The position numbers and the translations under genes were made by a program. The notes beneath the pieces were generated by a model, which saw only the letters and a program-made list of their open reading frames with translations, was not told where the DNA came from and did no database searches. From positions 2,148,000-2,187,999 of the forward strand of contig CAXXJJ010000001.1 of assembly GCA_963667015.2 (NCBI GenBank): a stretch of DNA of 40,000 nt, read 5' to 3'. Source of the stretch: Desulfatiglandales bacterium. GTDB taxonomy: Bacteria > Desulfobacterota > DSM-4660 > Desulfatiglandales > HGW-15. Every line of letters starts with the position of its first letter. Within the stretch, counting starts at the first letter, position 1. Shown one piece after another: positions 26,125 through 35,027 of this stretch.

Positions 26125-28424
26125 GTAGGGCAAGGGCTTCTCAGCCCCTTTCCCCCCTAAGAAACGTACGTGATAGTTTCCCATCATACGGCTCAAGCAT
26201 TTCACAAGGACGATCTTCTGGAACGCCCCGACTACGTTTCCCACTAATTAGCGTATAAAATCGCACGATTGGCTTTTGCCGTCAAGGCTGGTAATAATCG
26301 CTTCTCCTTATCATGCCTGCGTTGCCAAAAGTAACCGGCGTACTTCTTAAGGTAAGGATTAGCGTCTGCCTTGATTTTAATATGCCTTTTAATGCCCAAA
26401 TGGCCTAAGCGTAAAACGCTGTAGACTTTCTTCCCCAGCGTAGTTTTACCTACTGCGGAAAATACCCATTTTTTACCATCTACCATCCAGTACTTCTTAA
26501 CAAGCCATTTCTTTGACTTTCTTGGATGGCGTTTTCTGAGCATTCTCCATAACTGGTCATAGACATAACCGTCAATACGATAAAATGATGCTCCGGCTAC
26601 TACATGACGATGGTAGTTGCCCCAACCTCGAAGTACAGAGTTCAGTTCCTTTATCATGGCAGGCATTGGTGCACTGACGTATTTGCGGATTATTCCGCCG
26701 AGGCGTTGTATCAATGATTCTACGCCCTCTTTTGAAGGCCTTATGTGCAATGTCTTGCCGTGTTTCCGGAATGTTTGTCCCAGAAACATAAAACTGTCCC
26801 GGATATGTGTGATGGCAGTCTTTTGCTCAGAGAGATTTAATCCTCTTTCTCTTAAGAATTCTACGACCGCCGGCTTTACCTGTTTTTCTAAAAGCCTTCT
26901 GGATTTCCCTGTGATGATAAAATCATCCGCATAACGAATAAAATTTACTCTGGATCTACGCGGGACTGATTTATGTACAGCTTCTTCCAGTCCGTCCAGA
27001 ACCATATTCATTAACGTAGGGCTTATAATACCTCCCTGTGGTGTTCCTCTTCGGGTTGGATATCTTATCCCTTTTTCCACAAATCCTGCCTTCAACCACT
27101 TGGCCAGTATTTCTTTATCCATTGGGATGTTTGCCAGCATCCACTCATGCGATATGTTGTCAAAACATCCTTCAATGTCGGCTTCAAGCACCCACGTTGC
27201 GGAGTTTGGCTTGTTTAAGGCATTGAATGCCGCTCCTACTGCATCGGCACAGCTCCGCCCCTCTCTAAATCCATATGAGTTGCGGTCAGCTAATGTTTCT
27301 GCTATAGGAGCTAAAGCAAGTTTGTACAATGCCTGCATTGCCCTGTCATACATTGTAGGTATACTTAAAGGACGTTTCTTTTTACTTCTCTTTTTAGAAA
27401 TATACGTCCTTCTAAGCGGTTGAGGTCTGTAACCTCTTTTGTGCAGGCTGTTAGCAGCCTGCCATTTGGTTTTGGCGCCTTTCCATAAGATGCCGTCAAT
27501 GCCGGGTGTTTTCTTACCCTTATTAGTAGTCACTCTTTTTACTGCCAGAAGCTTGGCAGCTCTTGAGCGTGTGAGCAGATATTGTAATGATTTAACCTTA
27601 TTCCATCTGCCTTCCTGCGTAGCCTTTGCGATACGCATCTGCAGCCGTCTAACCTTTTTCCGCTCTGCTGTCCAGTCCACGCTGTTCCAGCATGCGGAGT
27701 CTGACTTCTTATCTTGGCTTTTGAGTGCACCAGCCGAAGCTGTCTTTTGCTTTCTCATCTACAACGGTTCTCCAGATTATCTCGCAAGGAAACACCAGTC
27801 GGATGTCTGCCCCCATTTCGGTATTCCTTTGACTCCTTCTACCTTTTAGGACTGCCATGTTTCATGCAGTATCCTTCCCGCTACAGGAAGGCATTTGCTT
27901 GTTCCGACCTCTCATTGCCGACCCTCCATGGGCTTGCCTTATACGGTTAGCTTGCCATGCATTGCGTGACATGGCGGACTGCCGGCTTTTCCACGTTCCG
28001 CATAATCACCTTAAATGAATAACTTAGGTGGTACCTGTACGCCGATGGCTTGTGTTCCCGCATGGGCACGTTAGAAACCCATGACCACACCACATCTATC
28101 CGCCCAGAGGGATAGATCTTCGACCTTTATCCTGAAGTCAGGAAGTTAGCTCTCGTAGGTCTAGACTTTTATGACGACGCTTAAGGTCTTTGATTAATCT
28201 CACCATATTATCCAGCCCTCGCCCTTAACCCGGTAGAGCTCCGGGATGGGTTCGCCTGTCACCATTTGAACCCGTTTCGGTACTTTGTCCACGGGGCTTC
28301 ACACTCTGTCATACGCGCAACAGCAGCATGCCCGTGTAGGGGACTGGAGGGGACGCTCCAGGTGTTGCCATGTATGGTGTAACCTCATGGTCAACACATA
28401 TGATTATGCGACATCGTGTCGCAA
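26125..28424 (-). mobile_element. group II intron (sense to the cassettes), full length
   Basis: RT/maturase ORF in domain IV. Domain V gagccgtatgatgggaaactatcacgtacgtttc is the reverse complement of 26161-26194, followed by a domain VI-like stem ending ...ccctac. The 5' end abuts the attC core as CCGTTAT|TTGCGACACG. Boundaries +/-5 nt. Confidence 0.75.
26244..27758 (-). CDS. group II intron reverse transcriptase/maturase
   Basis: 504 aa. RT blocks ...LSIPTMYDRAMQ..., ...GTPQGGIISPTL..., FIRYADDFIITG (YADD), and maturase X-like ...LRGWGNYHRH.... No HNH endonuclease tail is evident. Confidence 0.9.
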   Translation of the reverse strand: MRKQKTASAGALKSQDKKSDSACWNSVDWTAERKKVRRLQMRIAKATQEGRWNKVKSLQYLLTRSRAAKLLAVKRVTTNKGKKTPGIDGILWKGAKTKWQAANSLHKRGYRPQPLRRTYISKKRSKKKRPLSIPTMYDRAMQALYKLALAPIAETLADRNSYGFREGRSCADAVGAAFNALNKPNSATWVLEADIEGCFDNISHEWMLANIPMDKEILAKWLKAGFVEKGIRYPTRRGTPQGGIISPTLMNMVLDGLEEAVHKSVPRRSRVNFIRYADDFIITGKSRRLLEKQVKPAVVEFLRERGLNLSEQKTAITHIRDSFMFLGQTFRKHGKTLHIRPSKEGVESLIQRLGGIIRKYVSAPMPAMIKELNSVLRGWGNYHRHVVAGASFYRIDGYVYDQLWRMLRKRHPRKSKKWLVKKYWMVDGKKWVFSAVGKTTLGKKVYSVLRLGHLGIKRHIKIKADANPYLKKYAGYFWQRRHDKEKRLLPALTAKANRAILYAN

Positions 28425-28553
28425 ATAACGGTGAAGTTAAGGAGCCTGGCGGTTTTATGGCAACTAGCCTCATGCTCCCAAGATACTTGTTAATATTGAT
28501 TTTGCTCCGCTTGGCGATATAGTAGCCAGGTCACCTTGAACTATTGGTTAAGT
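28425..28553 (-). other. attC site (family B relative) immediately upstream (cassette sense) of the sense intron
   Basis: ATAACG gtgaagttaaggagcctggcgg ... ggcgatatagtagccaggtcaccttgaactattg GTTAAGT. The arms ggagcctggc / gccaggtcacc are complementary. Confidence 0.7.
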
Positions 28554-28949
28554 GTTTTTAGATGTTGAATTTACCTCAAGAAGACCGAAACTATTACCGT
28601 CTTCACTTATTCCATGAGCTGTTACAGGAACATCCAAATAGGCAAAATATATTTTACCCAAGTTAGTTTTAGGATGCCTTACAAAAAGATGATAACTAGA
28701 ACCGTTTGGAATATATTTTTCAAGTTTTTCTAGCAGGCTCTCAACATTTATTGTTTTATTTTGTTTATTGGTATCATCATATAGGATGATATTTATTTCT
28801 TCTCCATCTTCATCAATTTCAAGATCCTTGATTGGTAGTTCCATAAAATCATCTTTTAATTTTGGATTTTCTCTAATTACAAAGACATTGTAATCTTTGA
28901 TACCATCTATATTCTTTCGAATCTCATTTATAAGATATGATATTTCCAT
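28548..28949 (-). CDS. cassette ORF: hypothetical protein
   Basis: 133 aa. The TAA stop is inside the attC core. No family recognised. Confidence 0.55.
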   Translation of the reverse strand: MEISYLINEIRKNIDGIKDYNVFVIRENPKLKDDFMELPIKDLEIDEDGEEINIILYDDTNKQNKTINVESLLEKLEKYIPNGSSYHLFVRHPKTNLGKIYFAYLDVPVTAHGISEDGNSFGLLEVNSTSKNT

Positions 28950-28959
28950 ATGTCTTTAC

Positions 28960-29047
28960 ACTTAACGTTTTGCTCACCAGCCCCGCCGCGATGCTATGCG
29001 AAAAATGAAAGAGACCCTCCGGGGTCTGGTGTAGCTGTTTGTTATGC
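28960..29047 (-). other. attC site (family C)
   Basis: TTAACG ttttgctcaccagccccgccgcgatgc...gagaccctccggggtctggtgtagctgttt GTTATGC. Confidence 0.8.
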
Positions 29048-29761
29048 CTTCAATCCATCGAGACATTGTTGATAATTCTGCATAGAAGTATGAAACCCGT
29101 CCCTGATATCCCGGTGTAAATCCCAAGGCCAGCCAACACCGGATAGAAAAGAGGTATCAACATCATGATCTAACCAGAGTGTCTTCTGGTCTTTCTCTTG
29201 CATTGTATGCCGCAAGTAATGCTTAATATTTTCTTCAAATGTTTTTGGCATTGACTCACCTTCTACAAGGTAGAATCGGGTTTTCAAGACCTCACGAATC
29301 TTGTCATGAATCGGATCAAAGTAATTTTCATGATAGTATCTTTCTATTATTTCTGATTTATCGGGTGTGACGCCTTTTTTCAACTCCATTTGAAGCTCGA
29401 ACGCTACGTATAGTATATGGTTTACCATGTTGTACAATGGTCCATAGAACTCTTCTATCTGTCGTTCGTAATGCTTCATTAACGCCTGAAGTTTCCGAGT
29501 ACGATCTTGTGCTGTCTGCTCCAGATGTACTTTAACCGATTCCAATTGTCTCAGGTATTGGGCTTTTTCCGATTCTATGGATTTTGTAAATTCTGCTTTT
29601 ATTTCCTCAATCTCCTTAAGGTGTTCAGTCTTTTCTCGTTCCATCAGTCGATTGGCCCAGATATTTCCCAGCCAATTTGATAGACCAAGAATTATTGCTC
29701 CTCCTCCGCCTAAAGATGCGAGCAAGGCAGCAACTACTGACCAAATTTCTCCAGTACTCAT
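29042..29761 (-). CDS. cassette ORF: N-terminally membrane-anchored coiled-coil protein
   Basis: 239 aa. TM segment WSVVAALLASLGGGGAIILGL, followed by a long heptad-like charged helix. Confidence 0.6.
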   Translation of the reverse strand: MSTGEIWSVVAALLASLGGGGAIILGLSNWLGNIWANRLMEREKTEHLKEIEEIKAEFTKSIESEKAQYLRQLESVKVHLEQTAQDRTRKLQALMKHYERQIEEFYGPLYNMVNHILYVAFELQMELKKGVTPDKSEIIERYYHENYFDPIHDKIREVLKTRFYLVEGESMPKTFEENIKHYLRHTMQEKDQKTLWLDHDVDTSFLSGVGWPWDLHRDIRDGFHTSMQNYQQCLDGLKA

Positions 29762-29776
29762 TGCGACCTCCTTTTG

Positions 29777-29841
29777 GCATAACGCCTTGCATAAGCGGTT
29801 TGGCGGCTTTTCGCCAAATCAGCTTGATGCAAATGTTATGC
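29777..29841 (-). other. attC site (family A)
   Basis: ATAACG ccttgcataagcggtttggcggcttttcgccaaatcagc... GTTATGC. Confidence 0.8.
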
Positions 29842-29846
29842 ATTTG

Positions 29847-30728
29847 TTACTTAAAAATAGCATATAGTATGATTACAATAATTAACACCCAAATTGCTGT
29901 AGCCAACCTGTTTAGTGGTTGCAAATACGACTGTAGTATCTTCAATAAATCTTGCTTTGATTTTTGTTCTGGTGTTAGTTCTTTTTTAAAAATATCTCCG
30001 TCCTCGACTTCTTCATAATTGTATTCGGAGTCTGTTTTTAGAAAATGTTGGCCAATTTTTGAAATTACATTTATCCATGAAAGGAAGCACGGTGTGGTTT
30101 CATTAATAATGAGGTCTCTAGGGTGATAATGTTCTCTGAGTGCATCATCCACTTCATATGTAAATGAAAGAAGTGAGGTACATATCTCGATAGAAGAGTT
30201 GGAATCAGCCCTAAGAGCTGAAATAAGAGATAACAATTGATCTCGTGGGATAGTTAATTCAAAATAAATTTCATCTTCTCCTGGTTTGAAGTTCATTCGG
30301 AATGCAGAACCGCGATAAAGACCTTTAGGCATTGTATTGGTTTCATCGGTGGGTGACCCAACTTTAATAGAAATGTTTGTGTCACCTGATGCATCCTCTA
30401 CAGAAAATATGTTTTCTTTTCCTTCGTCTTCAACTGCAAAATAGATATGATCTCGCATTTGGTTATCATCGACTATGCCTCTTATAGCAAGTTGCTCAGA
30501 GATATCTGCTTTTACTAGTTTTAGCGGTTTTTCGGATTTTTCATCCTCCCAGTCAATATCAGTTTCATGCACGTTACAACCAGTTACGATTTTTATATTT
30601 TTTAATGGTAGATTGATGTGGTTAATGTTCCTTCGCCATTCCAAAGGTCTGCTTCGATCTTCAGGTGGCCCGACTTCTTGAAAAACACCATCCGATACTT
30701 TCAGTAGTTTTCTATCTCTTAGTATCAA
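29847..30728 (-). CDS. cassette ORF: tail-anchored hypothetical protein
   Basis: 293 aa. TTG start with GGAGG 6 nt upstream. One C-terminal TM helix, LATAIWVLIIVIILYAIF. No family recognised. Confidence 0.6.
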   Translation of the reverse strand: MILRDRKLLKVSDGVFQEVGPPEDRSRPLEWRRNINHINLPLKNIKIVTGCNVHETDIDWEDEKSEKPLKLVKADISEQLAIRGIVDDNQMRDHIYFAVEDEGKENIFSVEDASGDTNISIKVGSPTDETNTMPKGLYRGSAFRMNFKPGEDEIYFELTIPRDQLLSLISALRADSNSSIEICTSLLSFTYEVDDALREHYHPRDLIINETTPCFLSWINVISKIGQHFLKTDSEYNYEEVEDGDIFKKELTPEQKSKQDLLKILQSYLQPLNRLATAIWVLIIVIILYAIFK

Positions 30729-30748
30729 AATGTGCCTCCATATTCATT

Positions 30749-30813
30749 GCATAACGGTGCCCTTAACATGCCGGGCGGCGTTTCATCGCCCGGTCATAGT
30801 TGAAGGGCGGGTT
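30749..30813 (-). other. attC site interrupted by two group II introns (remaining 6-7 nt at 35028-35034)
   Basis: ATAACG gtgcccttaacatgccgggcggcgtttcatcgcccggtcatagttgaagggcgGGTT | introns | ATGTCAT. Joining the flanks restores GGTTATG, the right-core form seen at other sites. Confidence 0.75.
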
Positions 30814-32922
30814 GTGTGCCGGGCTGGCCCGGCTGCTAAATGGTGATGCGGAGGTATTTTGACACAAATACACTGCAAAGTCCATATCCAGGCTGACGGA
30901 GCCGAAGGATAGTCGAGGGCAAGGGTACTGAAAGGAATATGTGCCTGAAGGAAGCCTAAGACAAAAGCGTGGGTTGACGTACAGGTATGCCCCGTACCTT
31001 AACTGGTAGAGGGCAGGCAGATTAGGCTGGGGGATGTCGGGACGAGTCCGCAACACAGGATAAAGTCCTATATCCGTTACATGGCTGAACCAAGTATATC
31101 TGACAATCGTGCGCTGAAAGTAGCCGAGGCTTACCCCGGGAGGTCCACTGCGTCTCAGAAGATCTATCGCTGTAAGCTACCGGAATATTGGGAAAACCGG
31201 TTAAAAAAAAATCCCGGCATCATTATGGCCGGGCGTCCCGGCAAATGATGAGCCTGTCCTGCAGGGCAGGGCAAACAAACAGAGGGCGCAGGCGGTAGAA
31301 ACCAATGAGTGACCAAACCGCAAGGGGAGACTATCGCGTAGTGGGAGTCAGCAGAGGGCATAATAGTTTCTGAGTACAGTCGGTACTAAGGAATAAGGCC
31401 CGAACGGTGCCACCTGTCGAATGGCAGGGGTAAATGAGAGAGGTTATTAGGAGACGAGTCTAATGAAATCATCGCGGCAGTGGAAACAACTTGAGTTGTA
31501 CTCGATAGATCCCGGCCCAAGGGCTAAAACGGATACGAGTTCCGAAGATTTTATTGCGTCGCGTCTATCCGAAAGCCCGACAGGTCAGATCCGGCTCATG
31601 GAGTCAATCTGTGAGCGGAGCAACATGAGACGCGCTATCAAGCGGGTCATCAAGAACAAGGGAGCCCCCGGTGTGGATGGTATGACCGTCAGCAAGATAG
31701 ACAGGTATTATCAAAGGCACCGGGACAAGATCGAAAAGGCCCTGCTGGAGGGAACGTATATGCCCATGCCGGTATTACAAAAGGAGATTGATAAACCGGA
31801 CGGCGGAACCCGCCTTCTCGGGATTCCTACTGTGCTGGACAGGGTGATTCAGCAGGCAGTGGCTCAGGTATTTACAAGTATCTGGGATTATACCTTTTCG
31901 GAGATGAGCTTTGGCTTCCGCCCAGAACGCTCTCAGCATGGTGCTGTTCGTCAGTACCGGGAGTATCTGAGGGCAGGGTATAAGTATGTGGTTGATATTG
32001 ATATATCCAAATTCTTTGACAGGGTAAACCATGACAGGCTAATGAGCCGTCTTGCTGCCAGGGTCAAGGATAAGAGGGTATTGAAACTAATCCGCAGGTT
32101 TCTGACATCCGGTGTAATGATCGGAGGTCTTGTAGAGCCAATGAGAGAGGGTACGCCCCAGGGCGGCCCACTTTCCCCCTTGCTCAGTAATATTGTTCTT
32201 GATGAACTGGATAAAGAGCTTGAAAAGCGTGGTCTTCGTTTTGTCCGGTATGCTGATGACTGTGTCATATTTGTCAAAAGCAAACCGGCAGCGAATCGAG
32301 TGATGAGTAGTATAACCCGGTTTATAGAAAAGAAGTTGAGATTAAAGGTGAACCGGGAAAAGAGCGCCATTAGCCTCCCATGGAAAAGTAAGTATCTGGG
32401 ATTCTGCGTAACAAACTCAAGCACGAATCCCAAGATACGTATTCATTGGAAGAGTATCAAGAGGTTTAAGGAGCGGGTAAAGGAAATTACAGCCCGCAAT
32501 AGAGGGCGCAGTATTGTGCAGGTGATCAAAGAGCTTAATGATTATATGAGAGGTTGGTGGAACTATTATGGTATTACCGAGTCCTACAACCGAATAAAGC
32601 TCTTGCCCAGTTGGATCAGGCGACGCCTTCGGGCTGTTATCTGGAAACACTGGAAGAACCGCAGAACCCGTGTAGGTGAACTCCTCAAAAGAGGAGTTAG
32701 AAAAGATGAAGCTGTTACTACAGGATGTGCCCGAAAGGGTCCATGGAGAATGAGCAGAGTTGAATGGGTTCAGTATGCACTACCTAATAAATACTTTTCA
32801 TCACTTGGGCTTGTGTTCCCCTGGAACTGATTTCTGCCTTGGATCAGCCGAACCGCGTTGTACGGACCCGTATGCTGCGTGGTGTGGGAGGGAGTAGTCG
32901 CGAGGCTACTTCCTATCCCGAT
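30814..32922 (+). mobile_element. group II intron, class C-like, copy 1 (antisense to cassettes)
   Basis: Starts GTGTGCC (GUGYG). Domain V-like helix at ~32851-32884 with CGC at the triad position. Domain VI gggagggagtag...ctacttcctAtccc has a bulged A 7 nt from the end ...cccgat. Confidence 0.8.
31463..32830 (+). CDS. group II intron reverse transcriptase/maturase (copy 1)
   Basis: 455 aa. ...LGIPTVLDRVIQQA..., GTPQGGPLSPLL, FVRYADDCVIF (YADD), and maturase block RGWWNYYG. No endonuclease domain. Confidence 0.9.
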   Translation: MKSSRQWKQLELYSIDPGPRAKTDTSSEDFIASRLSESPTGQIRLMESICERSNMRRAIKRVIKNKGAPGVDGMTVSKIDRYYQRHRDKIEKALLEGTYMPMPVLQKEIDKPDGGTRLLGIPTVLDRVIQQAVAQVFTSIWDYTFSEMSFGFRPERSQHGAVRQYREYLRAGYKYVVDIDISKFFDRVNHDRLMSRLAARVKDKRVLKLIRRFLTSGVMIGGLVEPMREGTPQGGPLSPLLSNIVLDELDKELEKRGLRFVRYADDCVIFVKSKPAANRVMSSITRFIEKKLRLKVNREKSAISLPWKSKYLGFCVTNSSTNPKIRIHWKSIKRFKERVKEITARNRGRSIVQVIKELNDYMRGWWNYYGITESYNRIKLLPSWIRRRLRAVIWKHWKNRRTRVGELLKRGVRKDEAVTTGCARKGPWRMSRVEWVQYALPNKYFSSLGLVFPWN

Positions 32923-35027
32923 GTGTGCCGGGCTGGTCCGGCTGCTAAATGGTGATGCGGAGGTATTTTGACACAAATACACTGCAAAGTCCATATCCAG
33001 GCTGACGGAGCCGAAGGATAGTCGAGGGCAAGGGTACTGAAAGGAATATGTGCCTGAAGGAAGCCTAAGACAAAAGCGTGGGTTGACGTACAGGTATGCC
33101 CCGTACCTTAACTGGTAGAGGGCAGGCAGATTAGGCTGGGGGATGTCGGGACGAGTCCGCAACACAGGATAAAGTCCTATATCCGTTACATGGCTGAACC
33201 AAGTATATCTGACAATCGTGCGCTGAAAGTAGCCGAGGCTTACCCCGGGAGGTCCATTGCGTCTCAGAAGATCTATCGCTGTAAGCTACCGGAATATCGG
33301 GAAAACCGGAAAAAAATCCCCGGCATCAAATGACCGGGCGTCCCGGCAAATGATGAGCCTGTCCTGCAGGGCAGGGTAAACAAACAGAGGGCGCAGGCGG
33401 TAGAAACCAATGAGTGATCAAACCGCAAGGGGAGACTATCGCGTAGTGGGAGTCAGCAGAGGGCATAATAGTTCCTGAGTACAGTCGGTACTAAGGAATA
33501 AGGCCCGAACGGTGCCACCTGTCGAATGGCAGGGGTAAATGAGAGAGGTTAATAGGAGACGAGTCTAATGAAATCATGGCGGCAGTGGAAACAACTTGAG
33601 TTGTACTCGATAGATCCCGGCCCAAGGGCTAAAACGGATACGAGTTCCGAAGATTTTATTGCGTCACGTTTATCCGAAAGCCCGACAGGTCAGATCCGGC
33701 TCATGGAGTCAATCTGTGAGCGGAACAACATGAGACGCGCTATCAGGCGGGTCATCAAGAACAAGGGAGCCCCCGGTGTGGACGGCATGACCGTCAGCAA
33801 GATAGTCAGGTATTATCAAAGGCACCGGGACAAGATCGAAAAGGCCCTGCTGGATGGAACATATATGCCCATGCCGGTGTTACAAAAGGAGATTGAAAAA
33901 CCGGACGGCGGAATCCGCCTTCTCGGGATTCCCACAGTACTGGACAGGGTGATTCAGCAGGCAGTGGCTCAGGTATTTACAAGTATCTGGGATTATACCT
34001 TTTCGGAGATGAGCTTTGGCTTCCGCCCAGAACGCTCCCAGCACGGTGCTGTTCGTCAGTACCGAGAGTATCTGAGGGCAGGGTATAAGTATGTGGTTGA
34101 TATTGATATATCCAAATTCTTTGACAGGGTAAATCATGACAGACTAATGAGTCGTCTTGCTACCCGGATAAAGGATAAGAGGGTATTGAAGCTCATCCGC
34201 AGGTTTCTGACATCCGGTGTAATGATTGGAGGTCTTGTAGAGCCAATGAGAGAGGGTACACCTCAAGGCGGCCCACTTTCCCCCTTGCTCAGTAATATTG
34301 TTCTTGATGAACTGGATAAAGAGCTTGAAAAGCGTGGTCTTCGTTTTGTCCGGTATGCTGATGACTGTGTCATATTTGTCAAAAGCAAACCGGCAGCGAA
34401 TCGAGTGATGAGTAGTATAACCCGGTTTATAGAAAAGAAGTTGAGATTAAAGGTGAACCGGGAAAAGAGCGCCATTAGCCTCCCATGGAAAAGTAAGTAT
34501 CTGGGATTCTGCGTAACAAACTCAAGCACGAATCCCAAGATACGTATTCATTGGAAGAGTATCAAGAGGTTTAAGGAGCGGGTAAAGGAAATTACAGCCC
34601 GCAATAGAGGGCGCAGTATTGTGCAGGTGATCAAAGAGCTTAATGATTATATGAGAGGTTGGTGGAACTATTATGGTATTACCGAGTCCTACAACCGAAT
34701 AAAGCTCTTGCCCAGTTGGATCAGGCGACGCCTTCGGGCTGTTATCTGGAAACACTGGAAGAACCGCAGAACCCGTGTAGGTGAACTCCTCAAAAGAGGA
34801 GTTAGAAAAGATGAAGCTGTTACTACCGGATGTGCCCGAAAGGGGCCATGGAGAATGAGCAGAGTTGAATGGGTTCAGTATGCACTACCTAATAAATACT
34901 TTTCATCACTTGGGCTTGTGTTCCCCTGGAACTGATTACTGCCTTGGATCAGCCGAACCGCGTTGTACGGACCCGTATGCTGCGTGGTGTGGGAGGGAGT
35001 AGTCGTGAGGCTACTTCCTATCCCGAT
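32923..35027 (+). mobile_element. group II intron, class C-like, copy 2, directly abutting copy 1
   Basis: GTGTGCC begins at the nucleotide after copy 1 ends (...cccgat|gtgtgcc). It has the same 3' end ...cccgat followed by atgtcat (the attC remainder). Confidence 0.8.
33568..34935 (+). CDS. group II intron reverse transcriptase/maturase (copy 2)
   Basis: 455 aa. Differs from copy 1 at about ten residues, all in the first ~205 aa. Confidence 0.9.
   Translation: MKSWRQWKQLELYSIDPGPRAKTDTSSEDFIASRLSESPTGQIRLMESICERNNMRRAIRRVIKNKGAPGVDGMTVSKIVRYYQRHRDKIEKALLDGTYMPMPVLQKEIEKPDGGIRLLGIPTVLDRVIQQAVAQVFTSIWDYTFSEMSFGFRPERSQHGAVRQYREYLRAGYKYVVDIDISKFFDRVNHDRLMSRLATRIKDKRVLKLIRRFLTSGVMIGGLVEPMREGTPQGGPLSPLLSNIVLDELDKELEKRGLRFVRYADDCVIFVKSKPAANRVMSSITRFIEKKLRLKVNREKSAISLPWKSKYLGFCVTNSSTNPKIRIHWKSIKRFKERVKEITARNRGRSIVQVIKELNDYMRGWWNYYGITESYNRIKLLPSWIRRRLRAVIWKHWKNRRTRVGELLKRGVRKDEAVTTGCARKGPWRMSRVEWVQYALPNKYFSSLGLVFPWN

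Noticed and set aside
30763-33165. Minus-strand ORFs 30763..31056 and 32770..33165, which share the sequence MLRTRPDIPQPNLPALYQLRYGAY...
   Set aside because: - They lie antisense to domain I of the two intron copies.
- They are duplicated only because the intron is duplicated.
- Their composition is Pro/Arg-rich and low-complexity, and they have no ribosome-binding site.
26244-34935. The three reverse transcriptase genes as retron, DGR or Abi-type defence RTs.
   Set aside because: - All three have the maturase (X) block after YADD.
- All three are embedded in sequence with recognisable group II intron domain V/VI.
- The two + strand copies also have a GUGYG 5' end.
- No msr/msd-like repeats or template/variable repeat pairs were seen.
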